DNA of 64,000 nucleotides from Phyllosticta citribraziliensis (taxonomy: Eukaryota), in the NCBI RefSeq assembly GCF_038025025.1, contig NW_027117340.1, positions 62,001 to 126,000 on the forward strand, read 5' to 3'. Position 1 is the first letter of the stretch. Every line of letters begins with the position of its first letter. The notes under the pieces are model-generated. The model had not been told where the DNA came from and did no database searches. It worked only from the letters and a program-made list of their open reading frames with translations. Shown one piece after another: positions 24,803 to 37,263 of this stretch. Position numbers and translations under genes: made by a program.

Positions 24803-27800
24803 CTATTTCCAACCCTCCTGAACAAAGTATTCGATCATCTTTTGCACGAGCCCCTTGTCCGTTGCCTGCAGCTTAGCCATGGTGGGCGACCACTCCCTCA
24901 CCCGCTCCGTCGCCCACTCCACCTCTAATTCCTTCTTCTCGCCGTTCATCTGCTGCTCCCAGAACGCAAGCAACTTGATGGACGGATTCTTGGCCGGATC
25001 CTTCTCCGACTGCCGCAGCCGCTCCAGCCACTCGACCATGGACACCGTCTCAAACTTCAGCCCGCACTCGCGCAGCATGGGCAGCAAGTCGCGCGTCCAA
25101 TGGATCTTGTGCGGGTTATTAACGTTGTAGACGGCGGCGGGGGCCTCCTCTTCTAACACGCCGACCTCGACGAAAGCGCGCGCGACATCGTCGACCGGCA
25201 GCCAGCGCACGGCGTCGTCCAGCGCAGGCAGTGCACCCAGCGTCATCGCCGTGCGAAGCATCAGCGGCACCGCCTCGCTCGTGTTCCACACGCCCTCCTG
25301 CATGTCGCCAACTATCTGGCCCACGCGCAGCACGCGCGACCGCAGACTCGAAACTTGCGCCGCCGCGCGCATGCACACGTGCTCCGTCACCAGCTTGGAC
25401 TGCCCGTAGCCCATGTTCAGAGCGGCGGCCGTGCTGGGCGGCAGCGCCTCGTCGACGCGCAGCGGGCCGGTCGCCTGCTGTTGCATGGCGGCCAGGTTGC
25501 CCACGACGCTGACGCTGCTGGCGAAGGTGAAGCGCGCGGCTCGCGCGCTGCGGGAGGCAATCTCTAGCAGCCGCCGCACGCCCGCGACGTTTTCGGCTTC
25601 GAATGAACGCAGCGCGACGGTGAAATTGACGGCCCAGCCCACGGCCAGCACGTGGCTGACGTGCTGCTCGATCTGCTCGCGCGTGTCCGCGTCGAGCCCG
25701 AGGTCGTCGCGCGAGAGGTCCGAGGAGAGCGGCGCGAGTTTGGCGCGCGACGCGTCCGACAGCTTGAGGTGGCGCGTCTGGAACGACTCGTCGAGGCGTT
25801 TGGAGGCGTGCTCGGCGTCGTGCGCGCGGACGAGGCAGTAGACGCGCGTGACGGATGGCAGGGCGGCGAGCTGCGCGGCGATGTGGGCGCCGAGGGAGCC
25901 CGTGGCGCCTGTGAGCAGGACGACGTGCCCCTTTTCGGAGGTGTTGGTCTGCGAGGGCGGCGGCAGCGGCGTCGAGTAGCGCTCGATCATGGCCTCCATC
26001 TCTGCAATCTTCTCGGCAGGTATGCCGGCCACGATCTCCGTCGTAGACGAGGCAGCGGTGCGCAGCGAAAAGAGGTGCTGGGCCAGCGCCGCGATGCTCG
26101 GGTAGTCGAAGACGACGTTCAGGCCCAGCTGCTGGCCGCCAATATCGAGGTTCTTGGTGAGGGCCGTCCGCAGCCTGGCCGTCTGCAGCGAGTCCATGCC
26201 GAGGGCGAAGAAGTCGGCGTCGTCGCTCAACTCGTTCTTGTCCGTCAAGGCCGCGACCTGCTTGCGGACGAAGTCTCGCAGTTCGGGCTCCGACAGTGCC
26301 AGCGTCCCTGTTGCCGCTTCGTCGTACATGGCATCGATCTCGGCCGCAAACTGCCTGTAGAACGGCTGCCGGATGACGGTCCCCTTGTCCGTGCAGCGGC
26401 ACTGCGTCTCCGCCGGCAGAATGAGCACCATGTCGCGGTCGATCTTGGCGTACGCCGGCAGCGCGTCGTGCGCGGGCTTAATCACCTTGAAGACGTCGTC
26501 GAGGATCTCGTCGCGAGACTTGTTATCTGCGGCCTTCGTCAGGACCACGGCGAGGCCCAGGCGATCGCGGCCGGCGCCAAACATGAGGGCGTGCTCGACG
26601 AAGCGGCTCTGGCGCGCGTGGCCCTCGACTTGCAGCGGATTGGCCTTTTCCGAGTTGACGAGCGTCAGCGTGTCGTCGATGCGGCAGTAGTACTTCCAGG
26701 CGTTGGGGATGCTGGGGTGCGGCACGAAGCAGTCTTTGGTGTTGTAGTGACCGTCGGGGCGGTTGGTGAGCATTTTGGATTTCCTGCGTCGTCAGTCGAG
26801 CAAGCAGCAAGGGTCTCTCTGGGTGGCTCACCATCCATCTAGAACAACCAACTCGTACAAGCCCTCCTCACGCGCTTCGAAGCGCAGGTACGGCACCGCG
26901 TCCACCGCTGGGCGCAGGTAGTTCCACACCTTGTCCTCTGGCGGCCGCTGCGAAGACATGATCATGCCCGTCTCGGTCCTGCCAACGTCAGTTCAGCCGT
27001 GGAAGATGTTGGTTACTCACGCTCCATAGTACGCCATCAGATTGACGTCTTCGGCCACGAGTCTATCACCCAATGCATCTGGGCACGGCGATCCGCCGAA
27101 CGTGACCATTGAAAACTTCTTCAGACACTGGATGCCCTCTTCCGTCTCGGCCAGTAGGTTGAGCGCATACGGCACGCCAAACAAGATCCTCAAATCATTG
27201 TTCTTGATGATGTCGATCAAGCCCTGTCGAGTTATGGGAAGCTCCGCATTGTACTGGTACACTTTGCACTTGTTGAAGATGCCGCGGAAAGTGCACGATT
27301 TGCCATGGACGTGGAAGAGCGGGCCGAGGATGAGTGCTGTCACACTCAACCCAATAGCGTAGTGGTGCATGCAAGCAGTGTGGGTCAAGGGAACTGCCTT
27401 GGGCAGACTGGTCGACCCGCTCGAGTGGATGATCCACACGGCCTGGTTCCTCAACGTCTCCGGATCCAAATGCGGCGTCAGATTCGTGTCGATGGCAGCT
27501 TCCGCCTCGCTGATGGGTTTCTCGTAGTCGGCACGCGTAGCCATGGGGAGCACTTGCAAGCCTGGCCACTCCTTCGACAGCGCGCTCGCCATGTCACCAA
27601 AGTTGGCGTCAACAACCATGTGCTGCGCCCCCGTGTTCTTGATCAACGACGAGTGCGCCTCTTGCACGATGCGGGTCGACATGAGCAGGCACGTGTGGCC
27701 CAGCTTGGTCAGCGCCAGCATCGTCACAAAGTAGTCGAACGTCGACACACCCAGCATTCCGACAACGGTGGGCTCTTCTGACGCGCTGCGCCGCGGTGGC

Positions 27801-28093
27801 AGGACCTCCGCAAACTTCTTGGCAATCCGGTACGCGTACACATCGAGCTGTCGGAAAGTGTAGTGCGTGTAGGTCGTGCCAGTCCAGGGGTACGCGAAGA
27901 CAGAAAAGTCGGGATCGCTCTTTGCTCTGGCCCGGATCAACTCATCAACGGTGCGCGGGCTGTCCTCTGATAGCAAGATTTTGCCAAAAGAACTCCCAAA
28001 TTGCGACTGTTGCTGTCCTTTTGGGACGATTTCCGCGGCCGAAGCCGTGAGGGTTGGCTTGGCGGGGATAGATGGTGTGATTGTTGACAACAT
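24803..28093 (-). CDS. NRPS-like A-T-R enzyme (carboxylic-acid-reductase type)
   Basis: A domain IIHSSGSTSLPK and YGATETG; PCP FFALGMDSL; terminal reductase VLLTGATGSLG and YGQSK; introns 26979-27020 and 26784-26831. Confidence 0.93.
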
Positions 28094-28179
28094 TTTTCTT
28101 GCTGATTTAGACGTACTCGACGCATAGATGGTGTGATTGTTGACAACATTTTTCTTGCTGATTTAGACGTACTCGACGC
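28068..28179. repeat. Perfect 56-bp tandem duplication spanning the NRPS-like start codon
   Basis: 28068-28123 is identical to 28124-28179. Confidence 0.95.
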
Positions 28180-31100
28180 ATGTAGTTTGACTATATATAC
28201 CCCGCCGTACAGTGCTTTTAGTTTTAGCAGCTATAGGCCGTTGCCGTCTAAGCGATCTGCTTTGCTTAGCATGCGTTACTGCATGTGACATGGAACTCGG
28301 AGTTTATCGTTGACATCATTTGTTTCGTGCGAGAGCGGAAAGCGGATGTGCGTCCATTCCGCCGTAGCAGCCGACTTGGGAGAAAAGAGCTGAACCAAGC
28401 TGATGCAAAATGGGCTATTACTCATCAAAGCGGAAACTTTTAAGAGTGGGGAGGAATGACCCTATCACACCTCCCAATCGAGCAAGGAGGCGACGAGGCG
28501 CGAGTTAGTTGATTCAGGACTCTGGAGTACGAGACATGCTCGGGAGTTGAGTTGAAGGCTTGCCGAACGGAGAGAAGCGGCGGTCAGAAATCCAGTCGAG
28601 GTGCCGCTTCGTCTGCATTAACTTTGTAGTAGCTCGAAACTAGTCTGCGGGGTGTGAGCGCCACAGCCATGCCGCGGGTGAAGTGTGCTCGGCGTCTGTT
28701 TTGGGTCGGGGCGGAAAAGGACGTGTCGGCAGGATTATTATCCGCCTCTCTCCAACTTTGATAGCTGACCGTGAGATTTGTCTCTACTCTTGCATAAGAT
28801 AGTTCTTGAAGTTTAAGAAGAGGATTTCCGTCGTCGAGAGTACGTTTTCCAAAGTAGACAGTAAATACTGACCTACGGTTGCCATGGCATCTCGTCTCAA
28901 GTTTGTTGGCTTTGAATTCGTCCAGGTTCTCGCTTTATCGGCAGTCTTCTCCGTCGTTCATAGCTTTCTCTCAAACATCGTCTCTCTTCATGGGAACAAG
29001 CTTGATGTAAGTTTCCGCTTTCCTGATACCGCTGGAGGTCCTTTCCCGCTCACCGATACGACGTATCATACGGAATCAGTCTCGGATCCATCCCGTACTC
29101 GGGATGTCTCAAGGCGGAGAAACGCGAATGAGAGTAGCTCGTTGCTTGGTATACTCCGCACCAGCAAGCAGACGGAAGAGATAAGAGAATTCACATTGTA
29201 CCCTTTCCTGGCGACAGAAGCTTCCCAGAGCTTGTCTTGGTGGCCCTTTCAGTCGCGGACCGTCTCTCTTCAAGCGCGGTATCGCTGTTGGCACGAGTCG
29301 CGCACCAGTCTTGAGACGTCAGTCTTGTTCTGATTTGAGAAACACCACATGGGCGGTAGTCACAACTAGGGCGTGCAGTCAATCTGTCCCGTCATCTCGG
29401 CGTTGACGGGCTGCCTCCGTTTCTTGTTGGTGGTTTGCTGCGCAACTAGACAGACGCAGTCCGGATGCAGGGTGCCGCTTTACCGCTGCCGCTGCCATGC
29501 CGCCGCCATGCCGCTGCCGAGTTCCGTAGTTGCCAGTAGCGCGGGCACTTATTTGAGCGGTAGCGTGGTGATGGAGAGAATGAGTTCAGCCAGCTGACAA
29601 GACCGTCCTCTTTGGCTTCTTGCACAGCCTGAAAATGGTACCGGTGCAACGCCGTTGAAGCGCTTCTATGGTCGGGTTGTGTCAGTGTTGATGGACTAAA
29701 ATCAAACATCGGACCTTTTCATGTCTTCGCTGCTCGTGTGGGAAATTTGGGTAACAACATGTGTCGGCTTGAACGCAACAAGCGTCATAATTTGCAGCAC
29801 TCATCTGACGTTGAGACGTGTTGACTCTTCGCTGTTAAGCGCATGTACAAAAACGAGAACCAAGCAGAGAAGGACAGAAGCGAAATTAACGGCAAAGTCA
29901 TGAAGACGCGTACCAAGACTGGGAGTTGAAGAGAGCTTGACCCAAGATTTGCCATGTCAGGCTTACCAATCTCCCAAATTGACCGTAAATTGGAATGGTC
30001 CAGTGCGTTCACGTGCACCCGGGACACCGCCAGCGCATTTGGAATAATTGAAAGCTCGACGAAGCAGGTGCAATCATCGATTGAAGAGGGAGAGTTGCAA
30101 GTAGCTCAGAAGGAACTGACGATCAGGAGAATCGTCTGGGGTTAGGATGTGAGATCAGCTGCGGCTCATATGTTGTGGAGCTGCTGTCTTGTGGTTGACT
30201 GCCACGTGGAGATGGCGTCGATGCATAGGCAGCTCGAGCGCCGGATGACGATGGACCGTCCACATGTTTTCATAGAAGCTTCCGCGAGTCGAACACCCAC
30301 AAGGTTTGGTAGGGAGTGCAGGGACACCACGTGGTAGAGCAACGGACCGCACCGCAATCATAGATTCGATATAGACTTTGGAAAAGTGCCGAGCGGCACT
30401 CGAGTTTGTCGACTTGGGAGCATTCATGAGGATGCCCTGAAGGTTAGATGGACATCCGGGGAACCGAGGCGCTTGGGACGCGCTATACGAAGCCGGTACC
30501 CATTTTGGGCTTGTCTCTCGACGGACATGTAGAGCTGGCGAGGTCCGGCGGCGGTGCTGCGCTGGCCATCGTCATGTAGTTGCAGCCCGACCGGACACCG
30601 ATTCTATTGCAATAGAGAGCTTGTCGAAGAAACACCATGGTGTCTCTTGTCTCACCGTGCACTTGTCCTACTCATGACATTGCCACAAGACGTAGCCGCC
30701 CACACGACGGCAGAGATGAAAAGATTGGCCACGTGGGACATGACGCTCGGGCGGTGTGCACGTTCGTCGAGTAGATTTGCGTACTCTGTCAAACACGACG
30801 TTGAGTTGATGCCATTGGCTGTTTTTCGACAAAATATATTTTTGATGGTGTACCTGCGTCAAGCAGTCATCTCAGTCGCGTGGCGCCATGGTTCCCCATG
30901 TGTGCTCTCGCTGATCTGCGCAACGAGGTTCCATCCTCTCGGGGTGACGAATTTTATGCTTTGGCGGTGGGAGCTGGTCAAGGCGGATTGACTGGATTGG
31001 GGCCGGAGCTCGGATTGATACGAGGTGAATGATAGCGAAGCTGGTGTGCGGCACAGTTTGTCGAGATTCAAGAGCGACGATTCCAGCGTCTGAGGGTCCC

Positions 31101-32058
31101 TCGGTCCCAAGCTGGAGCTGGTCGCTGGGCGCCTCGGATCTTCCGGCTGGCGCTTTCAGGGCTGGAGTTGTACACGAGACCCTGGGGAGCCGGCCGTAGG
31201 GGTCGAGGGAAAAAGACCGACTGACGAGTCAGGGTCAATGGGCAATGGCAAGCACTGACCGGAGTCTGCGTAAGGCTTCGATGATCCCTGGCGCGGCGCT
31301 GGGTCTTGGGGCCGAGTTGTGAGCGGAGGAGAGGAGTTGACGTCAAAAGATTTTCCCACGCAACGGCCACGACTTCCCGTCTTCAACCTCTGCTCCTCAC
31401 GATGTTCAGCTCTTCGGACGCACGACCAGGCCCACCAACTCGCATGGGGAAGGCCCTGGGGTCCATCACATCTCTCCGCTTCATCACTGGACGCCCGCCA
31501 ACCTCTGTCAAATCACGCACGCAGGGCCTCCCGTATCGGGAGACTGGACGCTTCCATGTCCGCCACCATTCGATCTAGCCACGCCTGTTTGGGAATATAC
31601 TTTGCAATTCTTGTCCTCTCCACCACGAATGTCGAATGCTCCCAACACCACTCGGTACATGTCGAGTGCTTGCGCGTACGGACCTCTTGGCCCCATGCCT
31701 AACCGAAGCCATGATGGACAGATCCCCCATTGCTAGGGCTCTTCGCCTCAATCTGGTCAAAGTCACGTCTCCACATGTTCAACGACCGAGCGTCCGTTCT
31801 ATTGGGCTTCGTTTGCTGAGCACCCCTGCTTCCATCCTGGAGATGCTGCCATTGGCGTTGCCTTTTAGACGGCGGTGCTCTCTCTTTCTCCTTTCGTGCG
31901 CCGTCTCCGTTGCCTCTCTTCCCTTCCGAGTAACTCTTTTCCGCTCCAATCCTTGTCTCCACATCTCTTCCACAGATTGACAGCTAGGCTAGAACTAGGC
32001 CCATCATAAAGCCCCGGCACGCCGCTGCCGCTTTGCTGTTCTGCACCGTACCGACAAA

Positions 32059-33836
32059 ATGGGCTGGGATGCGGAGCACCAGGTGCTGGTCGAAGGCAGC
32101 ATTGAATGGGCGGTTGCTTTGATCTTCTTTGTGGGCAGACTGTACGGATTTTGCTTCTTTTGATGGACGTTTCTGACGAGTTCCAGGTGGTCCCGGGTCA
32201 TCACCACCGGTAGTTTCAAGCGGTTTATGTGTAAGTTCCCGACTGCTCCCAACACACGCCCGCTAATTCGAGAAAGCGGATGACTATGTCATGATTGTCA
32301 CCTTTGCCTGGTACACCGCCCTGTTAGTCCTCTTGAAGATTACCGCTCAGCACGGGAGCAACCTCGTGCCGGACAGCGAAGTCGCTCGCCTGCTGGCGGA
32401 CCCTCGAGAAGTCAAAGATCGCATCTTTGGCTCCAAACTCACCATTGTCGTCGAGCAATGCATGTTACATACGCAATGGGGAAGCAAAGGTACTACATCG
32501 TTCCCTTTTTTTTTTTTTTTTGCCAATGCTAACCTCCTGTAGCCAGTCTGCTCATCCTCTACCACCGCATGACCCGAGGTCTCCGTGAAAACATCTACAC
32601 CAAAATCATCGCAGGCTACATTCTCTTTTCCTACCTCTTCATCCAAGTCACCTTCTTCGCCGCCTGGTGCCGACCATTCAGCCAATACTGGGCTTTTCCA
32701 GCCAAGAATCCGCAATGCAGTAGCTACGGAAATTACCTTATCACTATCTTAGTCTTCAACGTCACTTCGGACCTGCTGCTCGTGGCCATACCGATCCCGC
32801 TCATTTGGCGGGCTAGCATGAAGAGGGGCAAAAAGGCCATGCTGTACGCAGTGTTTAGCCTTGGAGTCTTCAACATCATTGCCGCCGTGCTCAACAAGGT
32901 CTACAATTGGATACTGCCAGGGGTCCCGGTGTACATTATATGGTACGTCAGGGAAAGCAGTACGTGCATCTACGTCGCAAACGCGACATGCTGCTGGCCG
33001 TAAGTAATCCACTCACCTGCCCCTACCCTGCTGACAGGGACAGACTCTTCCGCCGCTGTCTGACCCTCCTTGGCTGCTCTCACTACTGGACCACGTCTCA
33101 CGCCTCGACGCCGCACGCGCGCAAGCCCGACCCAAACCTCGACATCGCCGACCCCAACGTCCCGCGCTCCACGCGCATGCCGCCGCACGTCCGCTCCAGC
33201 GCCGGCGGCTCGCACGCCTCGACGCGCCTCTCGCGCACCATGCGCTCCTTCAAGGACAAGACGCTGCACAACCTGGCCTCCATATCGACGGCCAGTCCCT
33301 CGGAGGAACGCATCTACGGCATCGACGACGGCGGCGAGAACGGCGGCCGCAGCGGCAGCGGTAGTCGTAACTCGGACCGCTATGGCGGCGGCGACCGCCC
33401 CGTGCCGCTCGAGATATGGCGACACGTCGAGTACGAGATTGACCCGGGGGCGTCGGGGATGACTACGACGGCGACGACCACGACCACGACGACGAGTGTG
33501 TCTGCAGGCCCGACGACGGCGCCGCAGCAGGGCATCGGCATGGCGGTGACCAGCGGCGACGAAGAGGCCGTCGTGGGACTCGATCTCAAGGAGGCGCCGT
33601 ACTACAAGGAGCCACCGCTGTACCTGGGCGACATGGGCGGGTGGTCGGAGACGTGGGTCGAGACTTCGGCGGCGCCGGCAGCCACGAGCAAGGCGCAGAG
33701 CAAAAAGAAGGGCGGCGTCGGCAGCGAGCGGGATCAACCGTCCCAGGGGACTAGCAGAAACGACTCCAAGGGCAGCAGCTCCGTGTCGACGTGGTTGAGT
33801 CGCAGCCGCAGTCGCAGTCGATCGGGGAGTGGATGA
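32059..33836 (+). CDS. PTH11-like (rhodopsin-domain) 7TM protein without CFEM
   Basis: DDYVM, WCRPFSQYW, NVTSDLLLVAIPIPLIW, FSLGVF, WYVRESST motifs; four GT-AG introns (from ~32142, 32231, 32490, 33000); long Ser/Thr-rich tail. Confidence 0.88.
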
Positions 33837-35476
33837 GATGCGTGGCGATATGGAGGGAGGCTAAAAGCGCTGCTGTTTTTGATGATGGGCATGAGATGAG
33901 ACACGATACCCCGGGATTGCATTGCATGGCATATACATAGATTTAGAGGTAGACAGCGATGTGCATGAAGCATTTGTTTGGTTTGATTCTGCACTACCAG
34001 CGCATCGCTGGCAGGAGTCTTCACGACCTAGGGGCGGCATGGACGCAGTTTGATGCACTTGAAGCAGAGCACTTCTGGTTGGTATTCCCTCGTCGACTCT
34101 GTAGCAAGAGTCAGTCTCACAACAAAGAGTTCTGAAAGCCACTTACCGTACCCGCTCACTTCACAAGCCTAACCCTCACACCTCCCCTCACACCCAAGAG
34201 CTCCCCGCCACCATCTCTCCCATAGTGATCCAAAAACGACACCTCGCCTCGCCTACATGCTTTACTTTCTTCTTGCTTTTTCTCCCCGTGCAGTACAGTA
34301 AGTGCCCCGTGTACACTCCCTTTCCCCTCTCGTGCGTACTGCTGTGCCGCGCCGCCGCAGTTCCTTCTCATCTCATTTCCTCTCATCTCCTCTTATCTTG
34401 ATCTGATCCGAACTGGTTGGCTGGCGACCGGAGATAAAGAGGGGCGTGTACGGATAGGTACGCAATTGGATGTGCATATGGCAGAGGTATAAGCGGGCGC
34501 ATCCGCATAGGGCTGGTGGGAGGTGCCGGAGCAGTTGTGGAGATCTCCATGGGTCATGCGTCTGCTGTACCTTTTGCTCTTTTGGCTTGCCCGAGTTCCG
34601 CGTGTGCGGCTACAAGCAAATGCTCGCAGGCATCGGAGAGAAGCGACCTTGTGGGCATAGCTGTAGGATTGAACACAGTCCCCAAAGCATGGCCGTAGTG
34701 GTGGATGAGTGCTCCTCGGACATGGCTGTAATGACGGACGACAGCTCTCCGGCGTCAGTGGTAGTGCCGCGTTGCTTGGAGGTCTCGTTTCTTGGACATC
34801 CACTGTGCCTCCGCGCCGACGCACCGCCATCACCACGGCCATGCAAAAGAAGCACGCATGAAGAAGCAGACACACCAAGCGCAGAACGCACGCAAGGAAT
34901 CAGCCACCAACTAATCCCCAAATCAGTGCAGATGCCAGTAGCACGAACATCCCCGCGATACGAGGCCAAACAATGCGAAGTGATGCATGCAAGCGACATG
35001 ACAGACGCGTGGAAGAACGCCACCGCTTACACCCCTGCCAGGCTGAAGGGGACCCGGGTCCAGTCTGCGGCAAAGCGAGGTGAGCGCAGAGAAGCCGAGG
35101 GGTCAGGAGTAATCGAAGGATGGATGATGGACGCGCGCGTGCTGCGTGCGTGGAAAATTCCATGTCACGATCCTTCCATGCAGGGGACGGTGGTGGTGGC
35201 GTCGGCCAGGGGGGCGAGTATCCGATGCGGTTTCCAGCGTTTGTTGCACTCCGATTGGAGCGGTTTCGCCGGACGGTTGTTTGGGGGCTGGCGACGTCGG
35301 CGGGCTGATCTGCGTGGTGCGTAATTTGTTCTGCTTGGGTTGGAATGTTGGCTATCTGTCTACTCGATGGTTCTGTGGTAAAAATAGAGAGCTGTTCCAA
35401 ACTCATCCAGAGAATAGCGAAGAGGGGGCAACAAAGGAGTTATTTCAGGATAGCGACCTATTCAGGGGCAAAAGGT

Positions 35477-35566
35477 TGCTCCCACTCAGATTTGAACTGA
35501 GGACCTCGGCATGCCTGATGATTATCAAATACTAGTGCCGCGCTCTACCAACTGAGCCATAGGAGC
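35477..35566 (-). tRNA. tRNA-Thr(AGT) with 17-nt intron (35513-35529)
   Basis: Acceptor stem GCTCCTA/TGGGAGC; D-arm TGGCTCAGTTGGTAGAGC; anticodon stem CGGCA/TGCCG with AGT; T-loop GTTCAAATC. Confidence 0.95.
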
Positions 35567-36491
35567 TTTATCACCCGAATCCAGAGTTTTCTCAGCCTGC
35601 TAGACCGGAATGGTGCGAGATTGGTGGCAAACTTTGATTATAACTAACATGATTGTGGCACAGTGGGTGGTCACTCTGCTCGCATCAGCGCAGTGGACTG
35701 ACCCGGCGACAGAGTCCTACTCCCAATGCCTAAGCGAACCGAAGAAGTAAAACTTTTGCGTTCGAGATGGCCACAACTCCAACTGAAAGAGTGGAGCGAG
35801 ATTGGATGTGGCGTAGTGGGTCTATTTGGAATCCCGGAATTCTTGTAAATAGCAATCCTTCCGACAGAAGTCGGGCATCGAGACGCGCTGATGAAGCGAG
35901 AGAAGCGAAGATGGCCCAGTCCAGAAGACAAGACGAGCACTGAGCCGCTTGTGCTCAGAGTAAGGTCGTTACCTAGATGACTACCCACGGAAGTAGTCAA
36001 AGAAGCTTGGTCGGCGGTGGATAAGGCGTTGGATCCTTCCCGGACTGTTTGGAGGATGGAGCATCCTGAGCGAGATTCCTAGCGGAAATAGGAATCCTTA
36101 AACAGATGCAAATGCGATATGATCGAGTGCCTTGCAAGTGTCCAGATTGGATCATTCGCTAGTTGTCATCTCACCCCCAAATGCGGTGAAGAAGGCGTCG
36201 TCCCGAGTCTCTATGAGTGTCGGGGCGATTGCATATTGAAGCTCCCGGCGCTTGTGTAGGTGTAGCGGTCAGTCGCGGCCATTGATTAATTATTGAACGT
36301 AGAGCCATGCAATTCGGAGGCAAACCAAAAATCTAATTGTAAAGCACAATGTGGACGCCAGACGGTCGATCTGTTTTGATTTCTCGTTGACTCGTCTCGT
36401 CTCGCGACGGCGGATCTTGCCTCGCAGGCTTGTGTCAAGTCGACATACACTCGGCGCCCAAATCCGCTCCGTACACCACCCAAAGTCACGT

Positions 36492-37014
36492 CTATTTCTC
36501 CCAGGCAGGATGAACGGTGTTCGGGGTCGCCGCAAACGTCGGCTGGATGAAGCTGCGGCCACAGGATTAGCACCTCGTTCGAAATGCCCCGGCGGGAAAC
36601 GTACCGGTCAGTGTGGTAGACCTTGATTTCCTTGCCCAACAGCTCCTTCTCGCGCGCCTTCTCCGCGTAGTACCGCCTCACCATGTCGCGGTCGGCCTCG
36701 GCCTGCAGCACCGGCATCAGGTGGATGCGGGCCCACATCTTCTCGCGGGCAAGCTCACTGTACGAGAGCATCAGCAATAACACAGACACAAGTCACCATG
36801 CCGTCGAGTCTCATTGCTTGTCCAAACCTCTCCACAGTCAAGCCATAGAACCTTACTTTTTCTCCCGGATTCCGCGACCCATCTGATACCATCCGTAGCC
36901 CATGGCGACGCCGACGGCGAGCAGGTACCAGCGAGTAGCAAACGGGCGGGCGGGTATGTTGCGCTTGTATTGGACCTGCTCGTAGCCGCCCTTGGGAGGC
37001 AAGTCCTGAGGCAT
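36492..37014 (-). CDS. NDUFA13: NADH:ubiquinone oxidoreductase subunit GRIM-19 (B16.6)
   Basis: MPQDLPPKGGY..YKRNIP..ELAREKMWARIHLMPVLQAEADRD..YHTDRF; two introns. Confidence 0.93.
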
Positions 37015-37263
37015 TGTGCCGGTAGGAGGGGGAGATTGAGGTGGATGAACGAGCGGCTTCGTCGCCTGGGGAGAGCTGCGGTGGATGATGTGGAGAGAAG
37101 ATGGACGTGGGGATGTCCGTGGGCTGATTGCGAGCGCTGTGACAGGTCGGTGGATGGGGGTTCCTGGAGACCGGGGTGCGGAGGACCGCGGTTCAGCCGG
37201 CGGGCTTCATCTTTTTTCGAAGGAGCTCCACCTTGGACTTTCCTCCACCAACATCCACCAACG

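Noticed and set aside
28884..31980. Possible decayed gene(s) between the NRPS-like and PTH11-like genes
   Set aside because: Only short, stop-interrupted frames with no identifiable motif
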